Shown one piece after another: positions 38,445 to 47,061 of a stretch of 64,000 nt of DNA. Within the stretch, counting starts at the first letter, position 1, and every line of letters begins with the position of its first letter. Both the position numbers and the translations under genes were made by a program. The notes beneath the pieces are model-generated. The model saw nothing but the letters and a program-made list of their open reading frames with translations. It had not been told where the DNA came from and did not search any database. Source of the DNA: Solirubrobacterales bacterium (GTDB lineage: Bacteria > Actinomycetota > Thermoleophilia > Solirubrobacterales > 70-9); the NCBI GenBank assembly GCA_041393445.1, contig JAWKKC010000006.1:29876-93875 (forward strand), in the 5' to 3' direction.

Positions 38445-39380
38445 GTGGCCGAGTTCCGCCCGGGAACTCGCGAGCAGGACGAGTTCTTGCGTGAGCTCGT
38501 CGAAGCCGGCCTGCTGGTCGAGAGCGGCGTCCCCGGCGTCTACGGTCGCGGCACCGCTTTCGAGCGTGTCCGGGCCGGCTTCGATGCCCTGGTCAGCGAC
38601 GCCGCCGCCGCCGAATCGGCGGAGCGCCTCGCCTTCCCACCCCTGCTGCCCCGTGATCAGCTCGAGCGGATCGGGTACCTGAAGTCATTCCCGCACCTGG
38701 TCGGATCCGTCTTCGCCTTCGAGGGCGATGAGGGTGATGCCGCCGCCCAGGAGGAGCTCGCGTCCCGGCACGAGGACTGGAGCGGATTCCAGGAGATGAC
38801 CGATCTCGTGCTCACGCCGGCTGCCTGCTACCCGGTTTACCCGGCGGTCGCCGCCCGCGGTCCGTTGGCGGCGGGCGGAGTCACGGTCGACGCCGGGGGC
38901 TCCTACGTGTTCCGCCACGAGCCCTCCGGCGATCCAGCCCGGCTGCAGATGTTCCACCAGCGCGAGATCGTCCGCATCGCCGAGCCCGAGACGGTTGCCG
39001 TCTGGCGCGAGAGCTGGCGCGACCGCTCGGTCGAGCTGTTGCGCTCGGTCGGGCTCGAGGCGCGGTTCGACGTCGCATCCGACCCGTTCTTCGGGCGCAG
39101 CGGCCGGCTCCTTGCCCGCAGCCAGCGCTCGCAGGAGCTGAAGTTCGAGGTCCTGGTCCCGATCGCCGGCCCCGAGCCGACCGCCGTCGCCTCCTTCAAC
39201 TACCACCAGGACCATTTCACCGAGACCTACGGAATCGAGATCGACGCGCCCGATCCGACCGCCCACACCGCCTGCCTGGGCTTCGGCTTGGAGCGGATCG
39301 CGCTGGCCCTGCTGCGCGAGCACGGGCTCGAGCCCGGTGAGTGGCCCGAGGACGTCCGTGAGAAGTTGGGGCTCCGGTGA
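38445..39380 (+). CDS. Amino acid--[carrier-protein] ligase (truncated class II aaRS / SerRS-like catalytic core)
   Basis: 311 aa with AAGGAGGT SD 7 nt upstream of the GTG. Class II motif-2-like YVFRHEPSGDPARLQMFHQREIV and motif-3-like CLGFGLERIALALL are present. No tRNA-binding or anticodon-binding domain is present. Confidence 0.8.
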   Translation: MAEFRPGTREQDEFLRELVEAGLLVESGVPGVYGRGTAFERVRAGFDALVSDAAAAESAERLAFPPLLPRDQLERIGYLKSFPHLVGSVFAFEGDEGDAAAQEELASRHEDWSGFQEMTDLVLTPAACYPVYPAVAARGPLAAGGVTVDAGGSYVFRHEPSGDPARLQMFHQREIVRIAEPETVAVWRESWRDRSVELLRSVGLEARFDVASDPFFGRSGRLLARSQRSQELKFEVLVPIAGPEPTAVASFNYHQDHFTETYGIEIDAPDPTAHTACLGFGLERIALALLREHGLEPGEWPEDVREKLGLR

Positions 39381-40357
39381 GCGCGGCCGCGGACGCCGGG
39401 TTGGTGAGCCTCATCGGGCTGGACCCGCAGAGCTATGCGCCGCACTCGCTGCACGGTCCTGAGCGAACCTACCTCGAAACCAATTGCTACACGGACATCC
39501 TGATCGAGTTCGTCCACGCGCGGGGCGACGAGCCGCTGGCGATGATGGGCTGCACCCTGGGCATCGACTTCGAGGGCGATCAGTGGACGTTCTTCAAGCC
39601 GCGGCCGGAGGACCTGCTCCGGCTCTACGGCATCGACGTCCACGAGATGCAGCCCTACCGGCCGCTGCCCGACCAGATCGCCGAGCAGATCGAGGTTGGC
39701 CGGACCCTGATCGTGGAGCTCGACTCCTGGTACCTGCCGGACACCGCCGCGACCAGCTATCGCGCCGAGCACGTCAAGAGCTCGGTGGTCGCCGAGGCCA
39801 TCGACCGGGACTCCGAACGTCTGCGTTACTTCCACGGGGCCGGCTATCACGAGCTCGAGGGGGAGGACTACCGGGGGATCTTCCGGATCGGCCTCGACCT
39901 GCCAGGCGACGTGCTGCCCCCTTACACGGAGCTGGCGCGGCTCGATGCCGGCCCGAGGCTGTCGGGGGCGGAGCTGCGGACCGCGACGCTCGAGCTGCTG
40001 GCCGAGAACGTTGCGCGGCGCCCTGGCGACAACCCGTTCGAGCGCTTCGGATTCCAGCTCCGCGAGGATCTGCCGCGGCTGCTCGACGGGGATGTCCAGG
40101 ACTACCACGACTACGCGTTCGCGACGGTCAGGATGGCGGGCTCGGCCTTCGAGGCGGCCGGCTCCCACCTCCGCTGGCTGCTGGAGCCCGGCGAGGCGGC
40201 GGACGCGGTGGCCGCCTTCGAGGAGATCGTCGAGGGCTGCAAGACGCTCTCGTTCAAGCTGGCGCGGCGGCGCAGTTTCGATCCCGGGCCGGCGATCGAG
40301 TCGCTCGCGAGCTCTTGGGACGCAGGTTTCGCGGGACTGACCCGTGTCGCCGGCTGA
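39377..40357 (+). CDS. DUF1839-like protein (possible BtrH-like Cys acyltransferase)
   Basis: 326 aa with GTGA overlap to the ligase. N-terminal ETNCYTDILIEFVHARG resembles the catalytic-Cys helix of papain-fold/BtrH_N proteins. The family assignment is from memory. Confidence 0.6.
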   Translation: MSAAADAGLVSLIGLDPQSYAPHSLHGPERTYLETNCYTDILIEFVHARGDEPLAMMGCTLGIDFEGDQWTFFKPRPEDLLRLYGIDVHEMQPYRPLPDQIAEQIEVGRTLIVELDSWYLPDTAATSYRAEHVKSSVVAEAIDRDSERLRYFHGAGYHELEGEDYRGIFRIGLDLPGDVLPPYTELARLDAGPRLSGAELRTATLELLAENVARRPGDNPFERFGFQLREDLPRLLDGDVQDYHDYAFATVRMAGSAFEAAGSHLRWLLEPGEAADAVAAFEEIVEGCKTLSFKLARRRSFDPGPAIESLASSWDAGFAGLTRVAG

Positions 40358-42911
40358 GTCGATCGAGGTAGGGAACGGCTGGGAAGCGGCTCGCTGCGAG
40401 CCCGACTCGTGCCCGGATCCCGGCGCCGCGGCGGCGCTGGACTGGATGCCCGCCCGCGTGCCGGGCACCGCGGCAGCGGCGCTCGCCGCTCGCGACGGAG
40501 CCGGGCCGGATCAGGGCGACGAGGACCTCGACGCGGAGGACTGGTGGTTTCGGACCGTGCTGAGGGCACCGCCGCCGCGCCCCGGCGAGGAGCTGGTACT
40601 GCGGATCGGCGGCATCGCCACCGTCTCGGAGACCTACCTCGGCGGCCGGCTCGTCGCCGAGTGCGAATCGATGTTCCTCGCCCAGGAGATCGACGTCGGC
40701 GACCAGCTTGACGAGGAGGGCGTCGAGCTGGCGATCCGGTGCAGGGCCCTGGGCCCGCTGCTCGGGTCGCGGCGCAAGCCGCGCGCCCGCTGGCGCACGC
40801 GGCTCGTCGACGGCCGGCTGCGGTTCTTCCGCACCATGCTGCTCGGCCGCGCACCGGGTTTCGCGCCCGCGCCCGCGGCGGTCGGGCCGTGGCGCCCGGT
40901 CACCCTCGAGCGGCGCGGCGGCATCCTCGCCGACGGGGTGCGGCTCCGCACCCGGCTCGACGGCGAGGTGGGGGTGCTCGCGGCGAGCGGTGCGCTGAGC
41001 TGCCTCGGGGTCGAGTGCCCGGGCCGCGTCGAGTTGGAGCTCGAAGGCCCCTCGGGCCGTCACCGGGCCGAGCTCACCGTCGCCTCCGACCCGGCCGGGG
41101 CCACCCTGAGCGGTGAGCTGCGGGTCGCCGAAGTCGCCCGCTGGTGGCCCCATACCCACGGCGATCCCACTCTCCACGCGGTGCGCCTCCACGTCGATTG
41201 CGGCGAGGGCCCCGTCGTCTGCGACCTGGGCAAGGTCGGCTTCCGCGAGCTCTCGGGCTCCCGCGCCGGGGGCCAGGACCCGGCGGTGGAGGGTCTCGCG
41301 CTGGCCGTCAACGGCGTCCCGGTGTTCGCCCGCGGGGCGGTTTGGACGTCGCCCGACCCAGTTGGCCTGGCCCCCGGCGAGGAGGAGCTGCGAACGCAGC
41401 TCGAGCAGGTTCGGCGGGCGGGCATGAACATCGTCCGGGTGGTCGGGACCGGCGCCTACGAGAGCCCGCGCTTCCACGAGCTCTGCGACGAGCTCGGAAT
41501 CCTCGTCTGGCAGGACTTCATGTTCGCCAACCTCGACTACCCCGTCGCGGACGAGGCCTTCGGGGCGTTGGTCCGGGCCGAGCTGGAGGCCGTGCTGGCG
41601 AGGGTCGGCGGGCGGCCCAGTCTCGCCGTTCTCTGCGGCAACAGCGAGGTCGAGCAGCAGGCGGCGATGATGGGCCTCGACCCCGACCTGGGCCGGGGGG
41701 AGCTCTTCGGCGAGCTGCTTCCCGGGTTGATCGAGGAAGCCGAGGTCGACGCCGTCTACCTGCCCTCGGCGCCATGTGGCGGCGACCTTCCTTTCCGGGC
41801 CGACCGCGGCGTCGCCAACTACTTCGGGGTCGGCGGGTACCGCCGGCCGCTCGAGGACGCCCGCCTCGCCGACGTTCGCTTCGCCTCCGAGTGCCTCGCC
41901 TTCGCCAACGTCCCCGAGGACGAGGCGCTGAAACGGATCGCCGCCCCGGAGGCGGGTGCCGCGGTCGTCCACCACCCGCGCTGGAAGGCCGGCGTTCCCC
42001 GCGACGTCGGCGCCGGCTGGGACTTCGACGACGTTCGCGACCACTACCTCGCGCTGCTCTTCGGCGTCGACCCCGTCGAGTTGCGCAGGTTCGACCCGGA
42101 GCGTTATCTGGAGCTCTCCCGCGCGGTTGGCGGCGAGGCGATGGCCGCGGTGTTCGGCGAGTGGCGCCGCGCCGCGTCCCTCTGTGCGGGCGGCATCGTG
42201 CTCTGGTTGCGCGATCTCGCTCCCGGTGCCGGCTGGGGGCTGCTCGACGACGCCGGGGTCCCCAAGGAGGCCTTCCACCGGTTGCGCCGGGTGCTGGCGC
42301 CGCGAGCCGTGTGGCTGACCGACGAGGGCCTCAACGGGGTCGGAGTGCACATCGCCAACGATCGGTCGGAGCCGCTCGAGGGGACTCTGCGGGTGCGCCT
42401 CTACCGCGACCTGGAAAGGCTGGTCGGCGAGACGGAGCAGACGATCGCGGTCCCCGGCCACGGACAGCTGAGTCGCGATCTCGAGGGCCTGCTGGGCCAC
42501 TTCGCCGACGCCTCCTGGGCCTACCGGTTCGGCCCGCCCGCCCAGGACCTGATCGTGGCCAGCGTCGAGGACGAGTCGACCGGCACGACCCCGATCTCCG
42601 AGGCGATGCATTTTCCAGTCGGGCTTCCCGCCGTGTCCGAGCCCGTCGATCGGCTCGGGATCGAGGCCCGGGCCGAGCTCGTCGCCGCGGGCACCGTCGC
42701 TCTCACGCTGCTGGCGCGGCGGCTTCTGGTCGGCGTTCGGCTCGACGCTCCGGGGCTCGAGGCCGAGGATCGGTGCTTCGCCGTGCCGCCTGCGAGCGAG
42801 CGGGTGTTTATGCTGCGGGCTACGAGCAGGGGGGAGATCGGCAACGCGGTGAGGGTGCGCGCCCTCAACGCGGCGGGAAGCGTCACGGTCCCAATCGTCC
42901 CGCAAAGCTGA
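40344..42911 (+). CDS. Glycoside hydrolase family 2-like protein (beta-mannosidase-like architecture)
   Basis: 855 aa with N-terminal sugar-binding-like WEAA...WMPARVPGTAAAAL...EDWWFRT. The TIM-barrel region has MNIVRVVGTGAYE and ILVWQDFMFAN. Candidate acid/base is in CGNSEVEQ and candidate nucleophile in FASECLAFANVP. Confidence 0.7.
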   Translation: MSPAESIEVGNGWEAARCEPDSCPDPGAAAALDWMPARVPGTAAAALAARDGAGPDQGDEDLDAEDWWFRTVLRAPPPRPGEELVLRIGGIATVSETYLGGRLVAECESMFLAQEIDVGDQLDEEGVELAIRCRALGPLLGSRRKPRARWRTRLVDGRLRFFRTMLLGRAPGFAPAPAAVGPWRPVTLERRGGILADGVRLRTRLDGEVGVLAASGALSCLGVECPGRVELELEGPSGRHRAELTVASDPAGATLSGELRVAEVARWWPHTHGDPTLHAVRLHVDCGEGPVVCDLGKVGFRELSGSRAGGQDPAVEGLALAVNGVPVFARGAVWTSPDPVGLAPGEEELRTQLEQVRRAGMNIVRVVGTGAYESPRFHELCDELGILVWQDFMFANLDYPVADEAFGALVRAELEAVLARVGGRPSLAVLCGNSEVEQQAAMMGLDPDLGRGELFGELLPGLIEEAEVDAVYLPSAPCGGDLPFRADRGVANYFGVGGYRRPLEDARLADVRFASECLAFANVPEDEALKRIAAPEAGAAVVHHPRWKAGVPRDVGAGWDFDDVRDHYLALLFGVDPVELRRFDPERYLELSRAVGGEAMAAVFGEWRRAASLCAGGIVLWLRDLAPGAGWGLLDDAGVPKEAFHRLRRVLAPRAVWLTDEGLNGVGVHIANDRSEPLEGTLRVRLYRDLERLVGETEQTIAVPGHGQLSRDLEGLLGHFADASWAYRFGPPAQDLIVASVEDESTGTTPISEAMHFPVGLPAVSEPVDRLGIEARAELVAAGTVALTLLARRLLVGVRLDAPGLEAEDRCFAVPPASERVFMLRATSRGEIGNAVRVRALNAAGSVTVPIVPQS

Positions 42912-44665
42912 TGCCCTGTTCAGAGCCGCTTTACCTCGACACCGCGGTCGGCCCCGCCTTCGCGCTGGTCGACGCCCCCGCCGACCGGGTCGGCACCGCC
43001 GGATCGGCGGTGGTCGTCTCGCCCCCGTGGGGCTGGGAGGAGGTCGCTTCCTACCGGGTCCGTCGCTCCTGGGCACGGGCGCTTGCCGAGGCGGGACATC
43101 CGACCCTGCGACTGACTCCCCCCGGGACTGGCGACAGCGCTGGCTCGCCGGGCAGCCCAGGCCTCGTGGCCGCTTGGGTCGAGGCGATCGCGGCAGCCGC
43201 CGGGTGGCTGCGCCGCTCGACCGGGGTTGGCCGGGTGGCGCTGCTTGGCCTCGGGCTCGGCGGGCTGGTCGGGCTCGAGGCGGTCGCCGCCGGCGCGGCG
43301 ATCGACGACGTCGTGCTCTGGGCAATCCCGCTGAGCGGCAGGCGATTCGCCCGCGAGACCAACGCCTTCGCCGCGATGCAGGAGTGGACCGCTGACGGCG
43401 ACGCCGTTCTGCAGGCCGGCCTGCCCGAGGGCTGGATCGAGGCGGGCGGGTTCGCGATGAGCGCGGCGACGATGGCGGAACTGGAGGACCTGAAACCCCG
43501 CCTCGGGCCCGAGGCGGCGGCCGACCGCGCTCTTCTGCTCGGCCGGGACGGGGTCGCCGCGCCCGACGGCCTGGTCGGGATGCTCGGCGAGGCCGGGGTG
43601 GAGACCGAGACCGCTGCGGGGACGGGATGGGCGAGGATGGTCTCCCATCCCGAGCGTGCCGAGCTGCCGGCAACGGTGGTCGACGAGGTCCACGCCTGGC
43701 TGGCATCCGGGTCTGCGACCGGGGCGGAGCCCATGCCTGCCGGAGCGGCCCGGTCGGCACTCGAGGAGAACGGCGTCAGGGAGTCCGGCGCGATCCTGCC
43801 CCAGCCTTGGGGCGATGCTTTCGGGGTCGAAGCCAGGCCGCTCGGGCCCCCCGACCCCTACCTGCACGCGGTCTTCCTCAACGCCGGCGCAGTGCGCCAC
43901 GTCGGCCCCAACCGGATGTGGGTGGAGACGGCGCGGGCCTGGGCCCGGCGTGGCGTGACGTCGTCGCGGGTCGACCTCGAGGGGATCGGCGAGGCCGACG
44001 GCGAGCCCAGCGGCGTGCTCCAGGTCGGCGACTTCTACGACGACCGCTACGTCGCGCAGGTGCGGGCCCTGCTCGATTCGCTCGCCGCGAAGAACCCGGA
44101 GCGGCGATTCGTTCTCGTCGGTCTCTGTGCCGGGGCGTACTGGGCGTTTCGCGCGGCGGTCGAGGACGAGCGGGTCCTCGGTGCGTTCCTGGTCAACGCC
44201 GGGGCGCTGCGATGGCACCCCGACCTGTTGCTGGTCCGCGAGGCGCGCAAGGGGAAGCAGGCGCTCAGGGGAAGGTCGTGGAAGAAGGTCCTGCAGGGCA
44301 AAGTCGGCCCGGCCCGGGTGGCCTCCTTTGCCCGGTCCTCGCTTGCGAGTGGCTTGCAGCACCTCGGCGGCTCCAACTGGCAGGAGTCGCTGAGCGAGGA
44401 GATCGAAGCCGACCTCGATGGCCTGCGCGAGTCGGAGACCTCGGTTTGGATGGCGTTCAGCGGGTCCGAGCCGCTTGGCCAGGAGGTCCTGCAGATGGGG
44501 CTCGCCGACCGCCTGGACCGGTGGCCGAACCTGCAGCTCGAGGCGCTTCCGGGCGAAGACCACACCCTGCGGCCAATCGCGGCTCAGCGTGCCGCGCGAG
44601 ACCTCCTGGATCGTGAGCTGGAAGGCTTGATCGCCCGCGCTCGCGGACGATCCAAGACGGCCTAG
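42911..44665 (+). CDS. Two-domain alpha/beta-hydrolase-fold protein (first elbow GLGLGG, second elbow GLCAG)
   Basis: 584 aa. The ATG shares one nt with the GH2 stop (TGATG). Each half has a PGTGDSAG / EGIGEADG loop followed by a nucleophile-elbow-like strand-turn. Cys406 codon TGT is at 44126-44128. A C-terminal His lies in [10 protein letters not shown]. Confidence 0.7.
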   Translation: MPCSEPLYLDTAVGPAFALVDAPADRVGTAGSAVVVSPPWGWEEVASYRVRRSWARALAEAGHPTLRLTPPGTGDSAGSPGSPGLVAAWVEAIAAAAGWLRRSTGVGRVALLGLGLGGLVGLEAVAAGAAIDDVVLWAIPLSGRRFARETNAFAAMQEWTADGDAVLQAGLPEGWIEAGGFAMSAATMAELEDLKPRLGPEAAADRALLLGRDGVAAPDGLVGMLGEAGVETETAAGTGWARMVSHPERAELPATVVDEVHAWLASGSATGAEPMPAGAARSALEENGVRESGAILPQPWGDAFGVEARPLGPPDPYLHAVFLNAGAVRHVGPNRMWVETARAWARRGVTSSRVDLEGIGEADGEPSGVLQVGDFYDDRYVAQVRALLDSLAAKNPERRFVLVGLCAGAYWAFRAAVEDERVLGAFLVNAGALRWHPDLLLVREARKGKQALRGRSWKKVLQGKVGPARVASFARSSLASGLQHLGGSNWQESLSEEIEADLDGLRESETSVWMAFSGSEPLGQEVLQMGLADRLDRWPNLQLEALPGEDHTLRPIAAQRAARDLLDRELEGLIARARGRSKTA

Positions 44666-45714
44666 AGCTCATAGGCGTCGGCCAGCTCGGGATCCTTCTC
44701 GGCCAGCATTTCGGCCAGGCCGACCATCACCTTGCACTGCTTCCAAGTCGCGTCGTCCTGCATCTTGCCGTCGATCATGTGGACGCCACGACCGTCGGGG
44801 ATCGCCTCCAGCACCTTCTTGGCGAACTTGACCTCGTCCGGCGGCGGGCTGAACACCTTCTTGGCGATCTCGATCTGCACCGGGTGCAGCGACCAGGCGC
44901 CGACGCAGCCGAGCAGGAAGGCGGCACGGAACTGGGTCTCGCAGCCGGCGGTGTCCTTGATGTCGCCGAACGGCCCGTAGAAGGGGAGGATCCCGGTCGA
45001 GGCACAGGCATCGACCATGCGCGCGATCGAGTAGTGCCAGGGGTCCTGCTGGGCGGTGATCCGGTCGGCCTCGGGGTTCTCCGGGTCGGCCGGGTCCTCC
45101 ATCGAGCGGTAGCCCGGGTGGCCGCCGCCGACCCGGGTCGTCTTCATCCGCCGCGAGGCGGCGAGGTCGGCCGGGCCGAAGCTCATCCCCTGCATGCGGG
45201 GGCTGGCGGCGGCGATCTCCTCGACGTTGACGACGCCCTGGGCGGTCTCGAGGATCGCGTGGATCAGCAGCGGGCGGTCGAGCTTCGCCTTCGCCTCCAG
45301 CTGGGCAAGCAGGCGGTCGGCGTAATGGATGTCCCAGGCACCCTCGACCTTCGGCACCATGATCACCTCGAGCTGGTCGCCGATCTCGGCGACCAGGGTG
45401 GTGAGGTCGTCCAGCACCCAGGGGCTCTCCAGCGAGTTGACCCGGGTCCAGAGCGAGGTCTGGCCGAAGTCGGTCTCCTTGGCGGCTTTGATCAGGCCCT
45501 GCCGCGCCGCCTCCTTGCGGTCGAAGGGGATCGCGTCCTCCAGGTTGCCGAGCAGGATGTCGGTCTTGGCGGCGATCGCGCCCGCCTTGGCGACCATTTT
45601 CTCGTTCGAGAAATCGAGGAAGTGGATCATCCGGGAGGGCTTGACCGGGATCTCGTGCAGCGGCCCCGGCGCGCCCATCGCCAGTGGTTGGAAGAAGTCT
45701 CTCGGGTTTCTCAA
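44662..45714 (-). CDS. HpcH/CitE-family acyl-CoA lyase, L-malyl-CoA/beta-methylmalyl-CoA lyase-like
   Basis: 350 aa. Long stretches match my memory of Mcl proteins ([68 protein letters not shown]). Confidence 0.75.
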   Translation of the reverse strand: MRNPRDFFQPLAMGAPGPLHEIPVKPSRMIHFLDFSNEKMVAKAGAIAAKTDILLGNLEDAIPFDRKEAARQGLIKAAKETDFGQTSLWTRVNSLESPWVLDDLTTLVAEIGDQLEVIMVPKVEGAWDIHYADRLLAQLEAKAKLDRPLLIHAILETAQGVVNVEEIAAASPRMQGMSFGPADLAASRRMKTTRVGGGHPGYRSMEDPADPENPEADRITAQQDPWHYSIARMVDACASTGILPFYGPFGDIKDTAGCETQFRAAFLLGCVGAWSLHPVQIEIAKKVFSPPPDEVKFAKKVLEAIPDGRGVHMIDGKMQDDATWKQCKVMVGLAEMLAEKDPELADAYEL

Positions 45715-45792
45715 AGTGCTCCTCGGTCGGTGAGTCGGGTTCGGTGCAATCTATTGGCCGGCGAGCTTTGCCGCCTGCGGTGACCCTAGATT

Positions 45793-46206
45793 TTGGCCGA
45801 GATGGAGGGCACCCAACGCGACAGCACCGAGGAGTGGCTGCTGCCCGAGGGGCGGCGGCCGCTCAGCGTCGCCGAGCTCGAGCAGCGGGTCGACCAGGCC
45901 CTGGCCGTCGCCCGCTCGGCCGAAAGCGCGGCGCTGGAGATCGGCGCGGCGGCGTTGGAAAGCGCCGAGCAGGCGAAGCGGGCCGCTGACCTGGCCGAGA
46001 GCGCCAGCGTGGTCGCCCTGGAGGCGAGCCGGGGTGTCGCCGGGGGGCGGTCGGACGGCGCCCTGTCGGCTGGCGCCTCGCGCCGCCCCGGGCGCGGGGC
46101 CAGTCCGGAACCGGCCACCCACGCTGGGCCGGCCCCCGACCCCCTGACTGCGTTCGTCGAGCGGGCCGACCGCGTCGCAGCGCGGTTTCGGGCTGTCGGC
46201 GGCTAG
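45793..46206 (+). CDS. Hypothetical protein (Ala/Glu-rich)
   Basis: 137 aa with high GC3 in frame. No motif recognised. Confidence 0.45.
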   Translation: MAEMEGTQRDSTEEWLLPEGRRPLSVAELEQRVDQALAVARSAESAALEIGAAALESAEQAKRAADLAESASVVALEASRGVAGGRSDGALSAGASRRPGRGASPEPATHAGPAPDPLTAFVERADRVAARFRAVGG

Positions 46207-46253
46207 ACGGTTGATCCCACGACCGGGTCGCGCCCCACCGTGGGGCCGACCGT

Positions 46254-47018
46254 CTAGCGGCAGGCGCCGTCGAGCCAGCGGCGGCGCAGCTCGGCGGCGA
46301 GCGGGCGGGCCGCCGTTTCCGGGCAGGGGATCGGGTCGGCGTCGATCGCCCGGACCGGCTCGACGCCGCGCACTGAGCCGGTCAGAAAGACCTCGTCGGC
46401 GCCGACGAGGTCGTCTCGGTAGATCGGCTGTTCGCGCACCTCGACCCCCTCGCTCCGCGCCAGCTCGATCGCGGCGGCGCGGGTGATGCCCGGTAGGACA
46501 CCTGCTGCCAGCGGCGGTGTGAGCAGGACGCCCTCGCGGGCGAGGAAGACGTTTGCGCGCGAGGCCTCGAGCACCGTCCCGTCCTCGCGGACGAGGAGCG
46601 GCACGGTCCCGGTCGGTCCCAGCGCCTCGGCGCGCTCCAGCATTGCCCGGTCGGCCCACTTGTGGCCACCGAGGCCGCGGTCGACGACGATCGTGCTCAG
46701 CGCTGCGGCGGACTCGCCGCGAGGGAAAACGTCTCCCGGGTAGACGCCGGCGACGATCGCGGAGGCGCGCAGCTCGTCGCCGTGCGGGGCGACGGTTGCG
46801 CGCACCCGCCCGAGCTCGACGCCCGCGGATTCGCGCAGGACCAGCTCGCGAGCCCGGTCCGGCGGGTCTTGGCCGAACAGCGCGCGGGTGCTGGCAGTGA
46901 GCCGATCGAGGTGGGCGTCGAGCTCGACCGGGGCGCCGGCGACCACGAGGGTGGTCTCGAACACCCCCTGACGGGGGTCTGGCCGAGGGCGCTTCGCTGC
47001 GCCTGGCTCGTGTGCCAT
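46254..47018 (-). CDS. pabC: Class IV aminotransferase-fold protein, aminodeoxychorismate lyase-like
   Basis: GVFETTLV, EASRANVF, LPGITR and EVFLTGSVRGVEPV motifs. It is divergent from pabA/pabB. ATG 47018 (MAHEPG) is preferred. Confidence 0.75.
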   Translation of the reverse strand: MAHEPGAAKRPRPDPRQGVFETTLVVAGAPVELDAHLDRLTASTRALFGQDPPDRARELVLRESAGVELGRVRATVAPHGDELRASAIVAGVYPGDVFPRGESAAALSTIVVDRGLGGHKWADRAMLERAEALGPTGTVPLLVREDGTVLEASRANVFLAREGVLLTPPLAAGVLPGITRAAAIELARSEGVEVREQPIYRDDLVGADEVFLTGSVRGVEPVRAIDADPIPCPETAARPLAAELRRRWLDGACR

Positions 47019-47061
47019 CGTGGCGATGATAGTGCCGCCCCGGAGCCGAGCGGGACAGTCG

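Noticed and set aside
40254-43760. 1168-aa minus-strand ORF, the longest in the track
   Set aside because: Its translation is Arg/Pro/Gly/Ala low-complexity with no motifs. It is antisense to the GH2-like and hydrolase genes, which have clear domain signatures and proper GC3. This is a typical open antisense frame in a high-GC genome.
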